Source of the DNA: Verrucomicrobiaceae bacterium
GTDB taxonomy: Bacteria > Verrucomicrobiota > Verrucomicrobiia > Verrucomicrobiales > Akkermansiaceae
Assembly: GCA_051252135.1 (NCBI GenBank)
Contig: JBPOGH010000001.1
Coordinates: 480,001 to 544,000 of the forward strand
Length of the DNA: 64,000 nt
Reading direction: 5' to 3'
Position numbers and translations under genes: made by a program. Positions 1 through 11,669 of the stretch are shown here, one piece after another. Under the pieces are notes generated by a model that was given only the letters and a program-made list of their open reading frames with translations, was not told where the DNA came from and made no database searches. Numbering within the stretch: position 1 is the first letter of the stretch; every line of letters starts with the position of its first letter.

Positions 1-296
1 CCATCCAAAGCCGGCAGGAAGTAATCTTCAAAGACGGCATTGTTGATCGCCTTCATCCGACGCCAATCCTCATCATCCAACGTCTCCATCCACGATAACC
101 CGATGATCCCGTCGGCAGGCAGCACCGCCCGCGGACCATCCTCCGGATAAATCGCCCACGCCTCCACCAACACATCAATCACCCAACGATCCTCCGAAAC
201 GGTAAACTCCCCCTGAATCTTCGATAACTGATGCGCCGATACGCCCGCTGCTCCCAGAAGCCAAAAGAAAAACCCTACGAAAATAAACGCTCTCAT
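1..296 (-). CDS. N-terminal part of an exported/membrane protein running off the window (possibly HupE/UreJ-like)
   Basis: Not in the ORF track. Read manually: ATG at 296 gives an open frame MRAFIFVGFFFWLLGAAGVSA-HQLSKIQGEF... to the window edge, with a signal peptide followed by His. Confidence 0.6.
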   Translation of the reverse strand, partial: MRAFIFVGFFFWLLGAAGVSAHQLSKIQGEFTVSEDRWVIDVLVEAWAIYPEDGPRAVLPADGIIGLSWMETLDDEDWRRMKAINNAVFEDYFLPALD

Positions 297-305
297 TCGA
301 AAAAA

Positions 306-1745
306 TCAGTCACTCCCGTTCTCCACCTCATGCAGGCATTCCACAAAAACCCCATACACCTCGCTGTCAAAATCACTCGCCTTCTTACTCCGGGAAGTGA
401 ACCATTTTTGCAACTTTACCCGCCTCTCCCGCGAAAACGCCCTCACCCAACCCGCATCTTCCTCATGTGCCGCCAACTCGCCCTCCCGCTTCCCGTGTGA
501 TCTCGAGATGATTTCACGATAGTGATGCAGGGCACGATCCAAAAGTATCCATGGAAAATTCTGACTCGCCGGCGGCCCCATGATCAGAGCCCGCTTGCTT
601 CCCTTTCCTCCCGTCATCCCCATCTTCAGATCAGGCAAATCCTCTCCCTTAAAAAATGCCGCACTCGCTCCTCCGATCGCTCCGAACAACGTCCCCAATC
701 CATGGGTCAGCCCACCCGAACCCAAATCCACCGCAATCCCCGCCGCCCCTCCGGCCACCCCTCCGGCCAGCGTCAATTGACCTTTCGAAAGCCCCCACTT
801 CTGCCACGTCTCTTCCGAGCTGAGATCCAATCCGTTGAAAAGCTCTTCATCGACATCCACCATAATCGACTGGTGACGGTAAAGCCGGAGTATCTTCCGA
901 TAAGTCCCCTCCTCCAACTTGGCAATCGCACCGTAGTACTTACGGGTCAGTTCCTTGCGCTTCCGCTCCTTCTTCGATTCGATCTGCTCCTCGGTCTCAT
1001 CCAGCGCCACCGACTCCCGGTGGGCCAAAGCCTTCTCCAGAAACGCCATCAAATGCTCCGCACTCTCTTCCCTTCGCTGGCTCCACTCATACTCAATCAG
1101 CTCAATCGTTTCCTCAATCCGCTGCCTGTTGTGTTCGTCAATTTCCAGCAGAGACTTGAGCAATCTCTTCCGCTCCTCAAACCGCGCCCGATGCGCATTG
1201 AACGTCCGCACCAGATTGAAATAACTGCCCAGTCGCGTCCTCCATTCCTTCTCCCGCTCCGGGTCACTTTCCTTTTCGTTGAGCAGTGCCATCCGCGGCC
1301 GCCCCGTCCAACGTAGAATCTCCATCTCCGCCACAAACGTATCCCTCAGAGGCTTGGACGGATCGATCACGTAAAGCACGCCCGCCCCATCAATCAACGG
1401 CCTCAGAAGCCGCGCCTCATCTTCAAATTCCCCATCCTGCCCCTGACCTTCCACAAACGCCTTGATCGTCGCAAGGTCCGGAGTCCCCTCGCCGTGCAAT
1501 GTCTGGATCGCCCGCATCGCCTCAAGCGCATTCGAAAAGCCCGGCGTATCCACAAAACGAATCATCTCACGCCCTTCGTATTTTACCGGTAAATCCTGAC
1601 AATGCGTCGTCGCCCCCGGCGTCGCACTCACCCGCACCACACTGTCATCATCAATCTCCAGCAGCGTGGCCAACACCGATGACTTCCCCATGTTGATCTT
1701 TCCCACCACCGCGAAAGTCGGCACCTCTGTATTCACTTCACTCAT
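306..1745 (-). CDS. DUF3482-family P-loop GTPase
   Basis: G1 GKINMGKS, G3 DTPG, C-terminal glycine-rich hydrophobic hairpin. Start MSEVNTE at 1745 overlaps the upstream stop (ATGA). Confidence 0.85.
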   Translation of the reverse strand: MSEVNTEVPTFAVVGKINMGKSSVLATLLEIDDDSVVRVSATPGATTHCQDLPVKYEGREMIRFVDTPGFSNALEAMRAIQTLHGEGTPDLATIKAFVEGQGQDGEFEDEARLLRPLIDGAGVLYVIDPSKPLRDTFVAEMEILRWTGRPRMALLNEKESDPEREKEWRTRLGSYFNLVRTFNAHRARFEERKRLLKSLLEIDEHNRQRIEETIELIEYEWSQRREESAEHLMAFLEKALAHRESVALDETEEQIESKKERKRKELTRKYYGAIAKLEEGTYRKILRLYRHQSIMVDVDEELFNGLDLSSEETWQKWGLSKGQLTLAGGVAGGAAGIAVDLGSGGLTHGLGTLFGAIGGASAAFFKGEDLPDLKMGMTGGKGSKRALIMGPPASQNFPWILLDRALHHYREIISRSHGKREGELAAHEEDAGWVRAFSRERRVKLQKWFTSRSKKASDFDSEVYGVFVECLHEVENGSD

Positions 1746-3283
1746 TCTCCTGCCTCGTTTCCACCGGTGTAAGGAAGGCACTCCATCAAGGGATCCCCCA
1801 CCTCATCAACCACCTTTGTCCATGCCTCGACTTCCTCTTTGGGAGGAGCTGCCACCCCCTCTTTCGAAACCTTCCCCAACACCAAAACCCGAATCACCAT
1901 CTCATTACCCGCTTCATGCCGCATCCTTTTCCAAAGACCCGTAAATTGCTTCGGCGAAAGATTCCAGCCTTCCACCAAAATCACCACCCCGCATGGAGCT
2001 TCCCGCATCGCTTCCCAGGCCTCCCTTTCCTCCTCTTGGTCCAGCACATCGACGGAGTATCGCGCCTCCGGATTGACCCGAAGGGTTTTGAGCAAAAACG
2101 GACGTAACACCTCCGTCTCAACCTCCAACCCACCCACATCGCACAACACCACACCATCCCTCAATCCCTCCATCTCAAAACTTCGCTCCACCTGACTCAG
2201 CTCACGCCAAAGTTCGCGATGCGCCGGATCCTGAAACTCCAGTCCGGCCAACACCTTCCGCTCTTTCCACACCGCGAAAATTAAAAAAGCCAACCGCGGC
2301 AACAATCCCCACACCATGATCGCCAAAAAGAAAAACCACGCCCACGCAAGGTTCGCCCGGAGACGCACCGGTATCGTCATGCTCTCTCCGTGACTCTCAA
2401 AACGATAGTCGGAATCATCCCGCAACTCGGACAGACCAATGTCAGCACCCGTCGGTCGCTCTCCACCCCACGGAAAGGCAATCACTGAAGTCACCTTCTC
2501 CAGACTGGGAGCCCCCACCGGTAAGGTGGACTCCCAATAAAATCCCACTTTGCTAAACCAAAGGACTCCAAAAAGCCCAATCAGCAACCCCACATTATAC
2601 CCCACTCCTCCAAGTTGAAGCACCCGCGTCAGCCTCCATCCCAGCGCCGATTTATGCTGCTTCTTCCCTTTGATCAAATGGGCCCATTCTTCACTTCCAA
2701 TCTGCCCCGAAAACCGTCGCACCAAGCCTCCCACCATCGCCTTCAACCCCATCAACCCATGCGACCACCTCCGGATCAGCAAATAACTCACGATCCCTGC
2801 CAGGATCAACAACCACTGGATTCCCAGAGTCACACCCAGAAAGAGCCAAATGTTGAAGCCCTTCGCCGCCACTTTCTGCCCCTCCGCAGTCGCATGGTCG
2901 ACATTGGAGAGGTCAAAGGTCATCCAGCCGTCGGACTCCACCTGCAAGATGTAGGGTCCGCCTTCATACTCATAGGTCGTGATCAACCCCTTCACCACTC
3001 CCACTCCCGCCAAAAAAGTCAGGATCAGGATCGCCAAGCCCACAATTCGCGCCGCAGCCGTCACCCTTCTCCCAGGCGACACCTCGCCTGGAGAACGATG
3101 GGCAAGCAGCCAGTATTTCAAACCCCAACGCCGTTTCTCAACGCCATCACCTGCAGCACCGCCCTTCCGCATCTCACGTCGAATCTCCTGCCCAATCTCT
3201 CCGGTATCCGATGGTTCCCCATTCAGCTCTACCTCAAAATCAATAAGCTCTTCCAAGCTCCAACTGACGCCACGCCTTGCCAT
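1742..3283 (-). CDS. DUF2868-family membrane protein
   Basis: Several TM helices, FYWESTL and WGLLPRL motifs, adjacent to the DUF3482 GTPase. Probable ATG at 3283. Confidence 0.8.
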   Translation of the reverse strand: MARRGVSWSLEELIDFEVELNGEPSDTGEIGQEIRREMRKGGAAGDGVEKRRWGLKYWLLAHRSPGEVSPGRRVTAAARIVGLAILILTFLAGVGVVKGLITTYEYEGGPYILQVESDGWMTFDLSNVDHATAEGQKVAAKGFNIWLFLGVTLGIQWLLILAGIVSYLLIRRWSHGLMGLKAMVGGLVRRFSGQIGSEEWAHLIKGKKQHKSALGWRLTRVLQLGGVGYNVGLLIGLFGVLWFSKVGFYWESTLPVGAPSLEKVTSVIAFPWGGERPTGADIGLSELRDDSDYRFESHGESMTIPVRLRANLAWAWFFFLAIMVWGLLPRLAFLIFAVWKERKVLAGLEFQDPAHRELWRELSQVERSFEMEGLRDGVVLCDVGGLEVETEVLRPFLLKTLRVNPEARYSVDVLDQEEEREAWEAMREAPCGVVILVEGWNLSPKQFTGLWKRMRHEAGNEMVIRVLVLGKVSKEGVAAPPKEEVEAWTKVVDEVGDPLMECLPYTGGNEAGE

Positions 3284-3352
3284 TAACTGGACAAAGAATG
3301 AGGTCGTTTTCCGGAGAACGCAATCCCTTCCCAAAATAAGCCACACACACCC

Positions 3353-3376
3353 ATCAACAAATCATGATTTGTAGAT
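3353..3376. promoter_or_regulatory. Palindromic candidate operator upstream of metH
   Basis: Perfect 16-bp palindrome ACAAATCATGATTTGT at 3357-3372, just upstream of a TTGAGA..CACAAT promoter-like pair. Confidence 0.45.
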
Positions 3377-3428
3377 TTTAACTTGAGATTCTCCCGCCCA
3401 CCCGCACAATCCCGTCACCGCCTACCTC

Positions 3429-4514
3429 ATGCCAAACGACCTGACTTCCGAGCTCCAACAAGCCCTCTCCAAACGCATCCTCGTCCTTGATGGTGCCATG
3501 GGAACCACCATTCGCGGATACGAATTAGCCGAGGCCGACGCCCGCGGAGACCGCTTCAAGGACAACCACGAAGATCTGCTAAACAACGGCGACATCCTCT
3601 CCATCACCCGTCCCGATGTCATCTCCGACATCCACAAGCGATTCTACGAAGCCGGTTCGGACATCTGCGAGACCAACACCTTCTCCGGCACCGTCCTCGC
3701 CCAATCCGAATTCTTCGTCCCCGACCCCCGCAAATCCGGAGGCATCAAAAACCCCGAGTTCTTCGACACCCAAGTCATTGCCAACAAACAACTCCAGGAC
3801 CTCGTTTGGGAACTCAACGTCGAATCCGTCAAACTCGCCAAGGAGCAAGCCGAACGCGTCGGAAATGAAACCGGCCGCAAACGCTACGTCGCCGGAGCCA
3901 TCGGCCCCCTCACCGTCTCTCTCACCAACGTCGTCGATCCTGACGACACCGCCTTCCGTGCCGTCACCTTTGATCAGGTCAAAGGCACCTACGCCCATCA
4001 AATCGAAGCCCTCCTCTCAGCCGACTGCGACATCCTCATGGTCGAAACCATCTTCGACGCCCTCAACGCCAAAGCCGCCCTCGTCGCCATCAAGGAATCC
4101 GGCACCAAGGTCCCCGTCATCATCAGCGCAGCCGTCGGACGCGGTGGGGAAACCATGATCTCCGCTCAAAAAGTCGAAGCCCTTTGGAACACCTTCGCCC
4201 ACATCAACCCGCTCGCCATCGGCCTCAATTGCTCCTTGGGGCCGGACCTCATGGAACCCTTCCTCCGCGAGCTCGGCCAGGTCGCCACTTCCCATATCTC
4301 CTGCTATCCCAACGCCGGACTCCCCAACCCCCTCGCCCCCACCGGATTTGATCTCCTCCCCGAACACATGGCCGAATACGCCGCCGACTTCGCCGACAAA
4401 GGATACGTCAATCTCATCGGAGGCTGCTGCGGTAACACCCCCGAACACATCGCCGCCATTGCCCAAGCCGTCGAAGGCAAAACCCCTCGTCCCGTTCCGT
4501 CCCTGATTTCTTAG
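3429..4514 (+). CDS. metH: B12-dependent methionine synthase, homocysteine-binding domain (N-terminal half of split MetH)
   Basis: [25 protein letters not shown] and GGCCG Zn-binding motifs. Confidence 0.93.
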   Translation: MPNDLTSELQQALSKRILVLDGAMGTTIRGYELAEADARGDRFKDNHEDLLNNGDILSITRPDVISDIHKRFYEAGSDICETNTFSGTVLAQSEFFVPDPRKSGGIKNPEFFDTQVIANKQLQDLVWELNVESVKLAKEQAERVGNETGRKRYVAGAIGPLTVSLTNVVDPDDTAFRAVTFDQVKGTYAHQIEALLSADCDILMVETIFDALNAKAALVAIKESGTKVPVIISAAVGRGGETMISAQKVEALWNTFAHINPLAIGLNCSLGPDLMEPFLRELGQVATSHISCYPNAGLPNPLAPTGFDLLPEHMAEYAADFADKGYVNLIGGCCGNTPEHIAAIAQAVEGKTPRPVPSLIS

Positions 4515-4572
4515 TTCTTCTCATCAAGTTCGTTCGGATTTCAAATCTCACTGTTCAAATTTCAGATTTCCA

Positions 4573-7310
<2,738 letters not shown>

Positions 7311-7317
<7 letters not shown>

Positions 7318-8552
7318 CCCCCTTTGATTTTCCAAAGCGTCGTCTCCGCCCTCACAATCATTCCGCCCTCGTAAATGATCGGCGTTGCAAACACCGGCTC
7401 GCCGAAATCATTCTCGGCAAGCTGCTTCGCCCCCTCGCGGCTCACCTCGTGGACGTAACCCACCCCCTCCTCGGTGAAGGAATAAAAACGGTTCCCGACC
7501 AACATCGGCGAGGCCGAAAAGTTCCGCTTCAGCGATTCCACCCAAAGTCGCTCCCCGTCCTTCTTGTTGATCGCACTCAGCTTCCCTGAGTCCTCGATCA
7601 AATAAATCGTATCGTCTTGAATCACGAACGAAGGCGTCTTCGGAATATCCTTCTTCGCTTCCCACTTCACGTGACTCTTCGTCACATCCCCCGCCGCATC
7701 CTTCAGCTCAATCGCCATCAACCGCGGCTTCATAAAACCGGTTGCCAGATAAACAACACCTTCGTCCAACACCGGAGTCGGAACCAATGACCAACCCCCT
7801 CCGCAGTCGACCTCCCAGACCAACTCACCATCTTGAGGGCGGTAAGCCCCCACATGCTCACTCCCCTGGCTCACTACCAGTGACTCGCCATTCATCTCAA
7901 TCACCAGCGGAGTCCCAAAGGAAAACTTTCGTGACGTTTCCACCCCACGATGCTTCTCCCAAAGCTTCTTCCCCGTCTTTGCATCCAATCCACGAGTCAA
8001 CGCCTCGTCCTTCCCATCCGCCGTGAAGACCAACACCCCGTCCGCCAACACCGCACTCCCGCCATTCCCATGCACCGCATCATAGGTCTCATGATAGCGC
8101 CACTGCACCTCGCCATCCTTCAAACTCAATGCCGCCGTCCCCATATGCCCAAAATGGGCAAAAACCACCCCGTCCACAATCAAGGCCGACGGACTCGCCA
8201 GGCCATTCTTGTGATGGCGGATCGCCGCCTCTTCCTCGGAAGGCTCAAAGACTTTCTCGTTCCACACCATCTTTCCACTCTCCGCATCCACCGCCACCAC
8301 CCGCAGCTCCACCTTCTCTTCTCCCACTGCCGTCGTCACCACGATCAAGCCCCCGCTTTGCACCGGCGAGGACCAACCCTTCCCCGGAATCTCCGTCTTC
8401 CAAACAACATCCTTTTCAAAATCAACCTCCACCGGAACACCCGCCGCCTCCACCACCCCCTGCATCCCGCCCCCCCGAATCTGAGGCCACTCGACGGCCA
8501 TCAGATGAGTGGCTAGAGAAAGAAGGATGAAACCAAATCGAAACGCGTTCAT
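7311..8552 (-). CDS. PQQ-binding-like beta-propeller protein (exported)
   Basis: Signal peptide, WPQIRG, GWSSPV and repeated G..W propeller blades. Confidence 0.85.
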
Positions 8553-8659
8553 AGTGATCCCCTACTCAATCAATTGAGAACATTCTTTCAAGGCATTGCA
8601 TTCCCTTCTCCCGAAGTTTTCCACCTTTCCATCGAACAACCAAAAATTAAGATCAATCA

Positions 8660-9421
8660 ATGACCTTCGTCCCCCCTTGTCTCTGCACTCTCCTGATCTT
8701 GCTGGGGAGCCTCTCTTCGCGGGCCGAAATCCCCGTCCTCAACCAATACGTCCTCGCCGCCGTCAAATCCATGCCCTCCGGTGGCGGCTACGAAGCCTCC
8801 CAAGTCGCCGTCGACCGACTCGCCGCCAGCGTCACGCTCAAAAACGGCACCATCCAACAAGACACCCGCGCCTGCGGAAAATCCTTCTGCTCCGGAGCCA
8901 CCTACCTCGTCTTCCTCCGTGTCATCGACCGGCTCCAGAAAAACAACTCCCTCACCCTCTCCGAAAAAAACCTTCAACGCTACGCCACCCTCGGCGTCAA
9001 GGATGGTGAGGAAATCTTTGGCCGCTGGAATGCCAACGGACCCGGCACCGCCAAGCTCTTCACCGAACTCGGCTGCGGCGTCAACTTCACCTCCTACGAC
9101 CACGCCCAACCCGGCGATTTCATGAAAATCTGGTGGACCGATGCCATCGGCGGACGCGAGCGCGGCCACCTCGTCGTCTACCTCGGCCACACCAAGGATA
9201 CCGTCAAATTCTGGTCCTCCAACGAGCCCTCCGGATACGGCAGCAAAACCGTCGCCCGCTCCCTTATCAAGCACGCCCTCTTTAGCCGCCTCACCCGCCA
9301 CGATCGCCTCACCAAAGCCTCCGGCCTCTCCCCCAAAAACCAATTCCTCGCCGACATGCTCCGCAAGCCCTTCACTTGGGCCCAGGTCGTCAGGCAATGC
9401 AACGTCCGCCCATCCCCATGA
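8660..9421 (+). CDS. Exported hypothetical protein with divergent NlpC/P60 (papain-like) motifs
   Basis: Signal peptide; FCSG...QPGDF...GHLVVYLG. Confidence 0.6.
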   Translation: MTFVPPCLCTLLILLGSLSSRAEIPVLNQYVLAAVKSMPSGGGYEASQVAVDRLAASVTLKNGTIQQDTRACGKSFCSGATYLVFLRVIDRLQKNNSLTLSEKNLQRYATLGVKDGEEIFGRWNANGPGTAKLFTELGCGVNFTSYDHAQPGDFMKIWWTDAIGGRERGHLVVYLGHTKDTVKFWSSNEPSGYGSKTVARSLIKHALFSRLTRHDRLTKASGLSPKNQFLADMLRKPFTWAQVVRQCNVRPSP

Positions 9422-10095
9422 TCGACTGGCAGGACATTCTCAAAAAACGAGAAACCCCCACCCACTTCGTCGTCGAAGGCCGACACGCCGTCGAACGCCT
9501 TCTTGATTCCCCCTTTCACGTCGAAAAGGTCATCGAAATCGGCAAAGACCTCTCCCGCGACGAAGCCTCCGCCCTCCTCGGCTTCCACTTCCACCGCTCC
9601 CACCTCGCCGTCGCCCGAAAACCAGACACCAACCCGGACCTCTCCTCATTCGCCTCCGGCCCCCTCGTCGTCCTGCCTGAAATCGCCGACCCCGGAAATC
9701 TCGGCACCATCATTCGCAACACCGCCGCCCTCGGAGGCTCCGGCCTCCTCCTCGGAAAAGGAACCTCCCCCTACAATGCCAAGGCCGTCCGCGCCTCCGC
9801 CGGAGCCCTCTTCCGCCTCCCCATCCGCCAAAGCCCCGACCTCCTGGCCGATCTCGCTACCCTCCACACCTCCCGCACCCTCCTCGGCACCTGCCTCTCC
9901 CCTCAAGCCATCCCCATCCGCCAACTCCCTCAACCTAAACTCCCCGTCGCCCTCATCCTCGGCCCCGAGGACTTCGGAATTGGCTCCGAAATCCAGGCTC
10001 TCTGCCACCACCTTGTCTCCATTCCCATGCACCAAAATATGGACTCACTCAACGTCGCCTCCTCCTCCGCCATCTTCCTTCATGCGCTCCATTGA
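9418..10095 (+). CDS. TrmH/SpoU-family RNA methyltransferase
   Basis: DPGNLGTIIR, LILGPEDFG, IPM..MDSLNV. ATGA overlap at 9418. Confidence 0.9.
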   Translation: MIDWQDILKKRETPTHFVVEGRHAVERLLDSPFHVEKVIEIGKDLSRDEASALLGFHFHRSHLAVARKPDTNPDLSSFASGPLVVLPEIADPGNLGTIIRNTAALGGSGLLLGKGTSPYNAKAVRASAGALFRLPIRQSPDLLADLATLHTSRTLLGTCLSPQAIPIRQLPQPKLPVALILGPEDFGIGSEIQALCHHLVSIPMHQNMDSLNVASSSAIFLHALH

Positions 10096-10164
10096 GATTT
10101 TCGTGTGACAAGACACCTTTTTTGACCTTTTATTCCTCTGTTTTAAAACAACCCCCAAACAATT

Positions 10165-10491
10165 ATGTACGAACTCTTCCAAAGCGAAAAAACCGAAAAG
10201 TATCACTTCCGCCTCAAAGCCGGCAACGGCGAGATCATCCTCCAGTCCCAAGGGTACAAGGATAAGAAGGGTGCCGAGAATGGCATCGCCTCCGTCAGCA
10301 AGAACGGAATCGACGAAGGAAACTTCGAAAAAAAGGAAGCCTCCAACGGCAAATTCTACTTTGTGCTCAAAGCGGGCAACGGCCAAATCGTCGGCCAGTC
10401 CCAGCAATACAAGACCGAGTCCGGCCGCGACAACGGTATCAAGTCCGTCGGTAAGAACTGCGTTGGCGACACCAAAGACCTCACCGCTTAA
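10165..10491 (+). CDS. YegP-family protein (tandem DUF1508)
   Basis: Two repeats of F.LKAGNG.I...SQ.Y.....NGI.SV.KN. Confidence 0.9.
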   Translation: MYELFQSEKTEKYHFRLKAGNGEIILQSQGYKDKKGAENGIASVSKNGIDEGNFEKKEASNGKFYFVLKAGNGQIVGQSQQYKTESGRDNGIKSVGKNCVGDTKDLTA

Positions 10492-10510
10492 ACCATTTTA
10501 AACACTTCTC

Positions 10511-10548
10511 AAAAAGCCTCCGCACCCCTCGGGATCGGAGGCTTTTTT
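10511..10548 (+). terminator. Intrinsic terminator
   Basis: AAAAAGCCTCCG..CGGAGGCTTTTTT hairpin with T tract. Confidence 0.8.
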
Positions 10549-10604
10549 ATTCTCCTGTCTTCACCACTTGCACCCTCCGCCCCATCAGCTAACTTCCTCC
10601 CGTT

Positions 10605-11063
10605 ATGAAAAAATCACTTCTCGCTCTCTGCGCCCTCGGCCTCCTCGCACCAGCCACCATCTCCGCCCACTGCCAGGTCCCCTGCGGCATCTATGATGAC
10701 AACAATGTCCTTGGTAAAATGCACACCGACTACGTCACCATCGAAAAGGCCGTCGCTCAAATCACCGAGCTCACCGCCACTCCGGAGGCTGCCGCCGCCA
10801 ACGCCCATCAACTCGTCCGTTGGATCAACAACAAGGAATCCCACGCCCAATCCATCCAGGAGACTGTCCTCAACTACTTCCTCGCCCAACGCCTCAAGAC
10901 CGGCGAAGCCGACACCGACAAGGAAGCTTATCTCAATAAGCTCACCACCTGCCACAAAGTCATCGTCGCCGCCATGGCCTGCAAGCAGTCCACCGATCCA
11001 AAAGCCGTCCAAACTCTCCACAATGAGCTCCACACCTTCATGGACCTCTTCGGCGAAAAATAG
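10605..11063 (+). CDS. sodN: Nickel superoxide dismutase
   Basis: Ni-hook HCQVPCGIYD directly after a signal peptide; RWINNKESHA and YFLAQR. Confidence 0.9.
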   Translation: MKKSLLALCALGLLAPATISAHCQVPCGIYDDNNVLGKMHTDYVTIEKAVAQITELTATPEAAAANAHQLVRWINNKESHAQSIQETVLNYFLAQRLKTGEADTDKEAYLNKLTTCHKVIVAAMACKQSTDPKAVQTLHNELHTFMDLFGEK

Positions 11064-11111
11064 ACCCTCCCAAATCTGCCGACGCGTCATTCTTTGCACG
11101 CGGTCCTTCCA

Positions 11112-11139
11112 AGGAGAGCCCAACAAGGCTCTCTTTTTT
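11112..11139 (+). terminator. Intrinsic terminator after sodN
   Basis: GAGAGCC-caacaa-GGCTCTC followed by TTTTTT. Confidence 0.75.
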
Positions 11140-11162
11140 ATTCGCTCGTCACCCTGCCTCAC

Positions 11163-11266
11163 AATGAGCATTTTTATACTCATTATGTCTAAAATATCAA
11201 AATATGAGCAAGTTTACTCACATACCCTTAAAACATTCTTCTTTCTTTAAGAGCATTTTTGTGCTC
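11163..11266. promoter_or_regulatory. Three inverted-repeat operators upstream of hipBA
   Basis: GAGCA-N6-TACTC (11166-11181), GAGCA-N4-TACTC (11206-11219) and GAGCA-N6-TGCTC (11251-11266) in an AT-rich region. Confidence 0.65.
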
Positions 11267-11300
11267 AAATAACCACAGAACCATCGTTTTGAGAACATTT

Positions 11301-11663
11301 ATGAGCATCCCCGACGACACCCTCCACAACGATTCCGCCTACGAATCCCTCATCGGCGAACGCCTCAAGCACTACCGCCTGGAGCTCAATATCAATCAGA
11401 CCGAACTCGCCGAGAAGGCCGGAATCGCACGCCGAACCATCACCTCCGTTGAGAACGGCCAGGGCTGCACCCTCAACACCCTGATCCGCCTCCTCAAAGC
11501 TCTTAACAAAATCGAACTCCTCCAACCCCTTCTCGATCCCCCACCACTCACTCCAGAACAAATCCGTCTCCGCGACAGCCTCCGCCAACCAACCCGAAAA
11601 AACGCCTCAAAACCCCGAAAGAAAGACGAGTCCAAACCCTGGGTCTGGGGAGACGAACAATAA
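11301..11663 (+). CDS. HipB-like XRE HTH antitoxin
   Basis: IGERLKHYRLELNINQTELAEKAGIARRTITSVENG; C-terminal WVWGDE; directly upstream of hipA. Confidence 0.85.
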   Translation: MSIPDDTLHNDSAYESLIGERLKHYRLELNINQTELAEKAGIARRTITSVENGQGCTLNTLIRLLKALNKIELLQPLLDPPPLTPEQIRLRDSLRQPTRKNASKPRKKDESKPWVWGDEQ

Positions 11664-11669
11664 GCCGCC

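Noticed and set aside
3284..3428. SAM or cobalamin riboswitch upstream of metH
   Set aside because: The region is short and lacks recognisable conserved cores.
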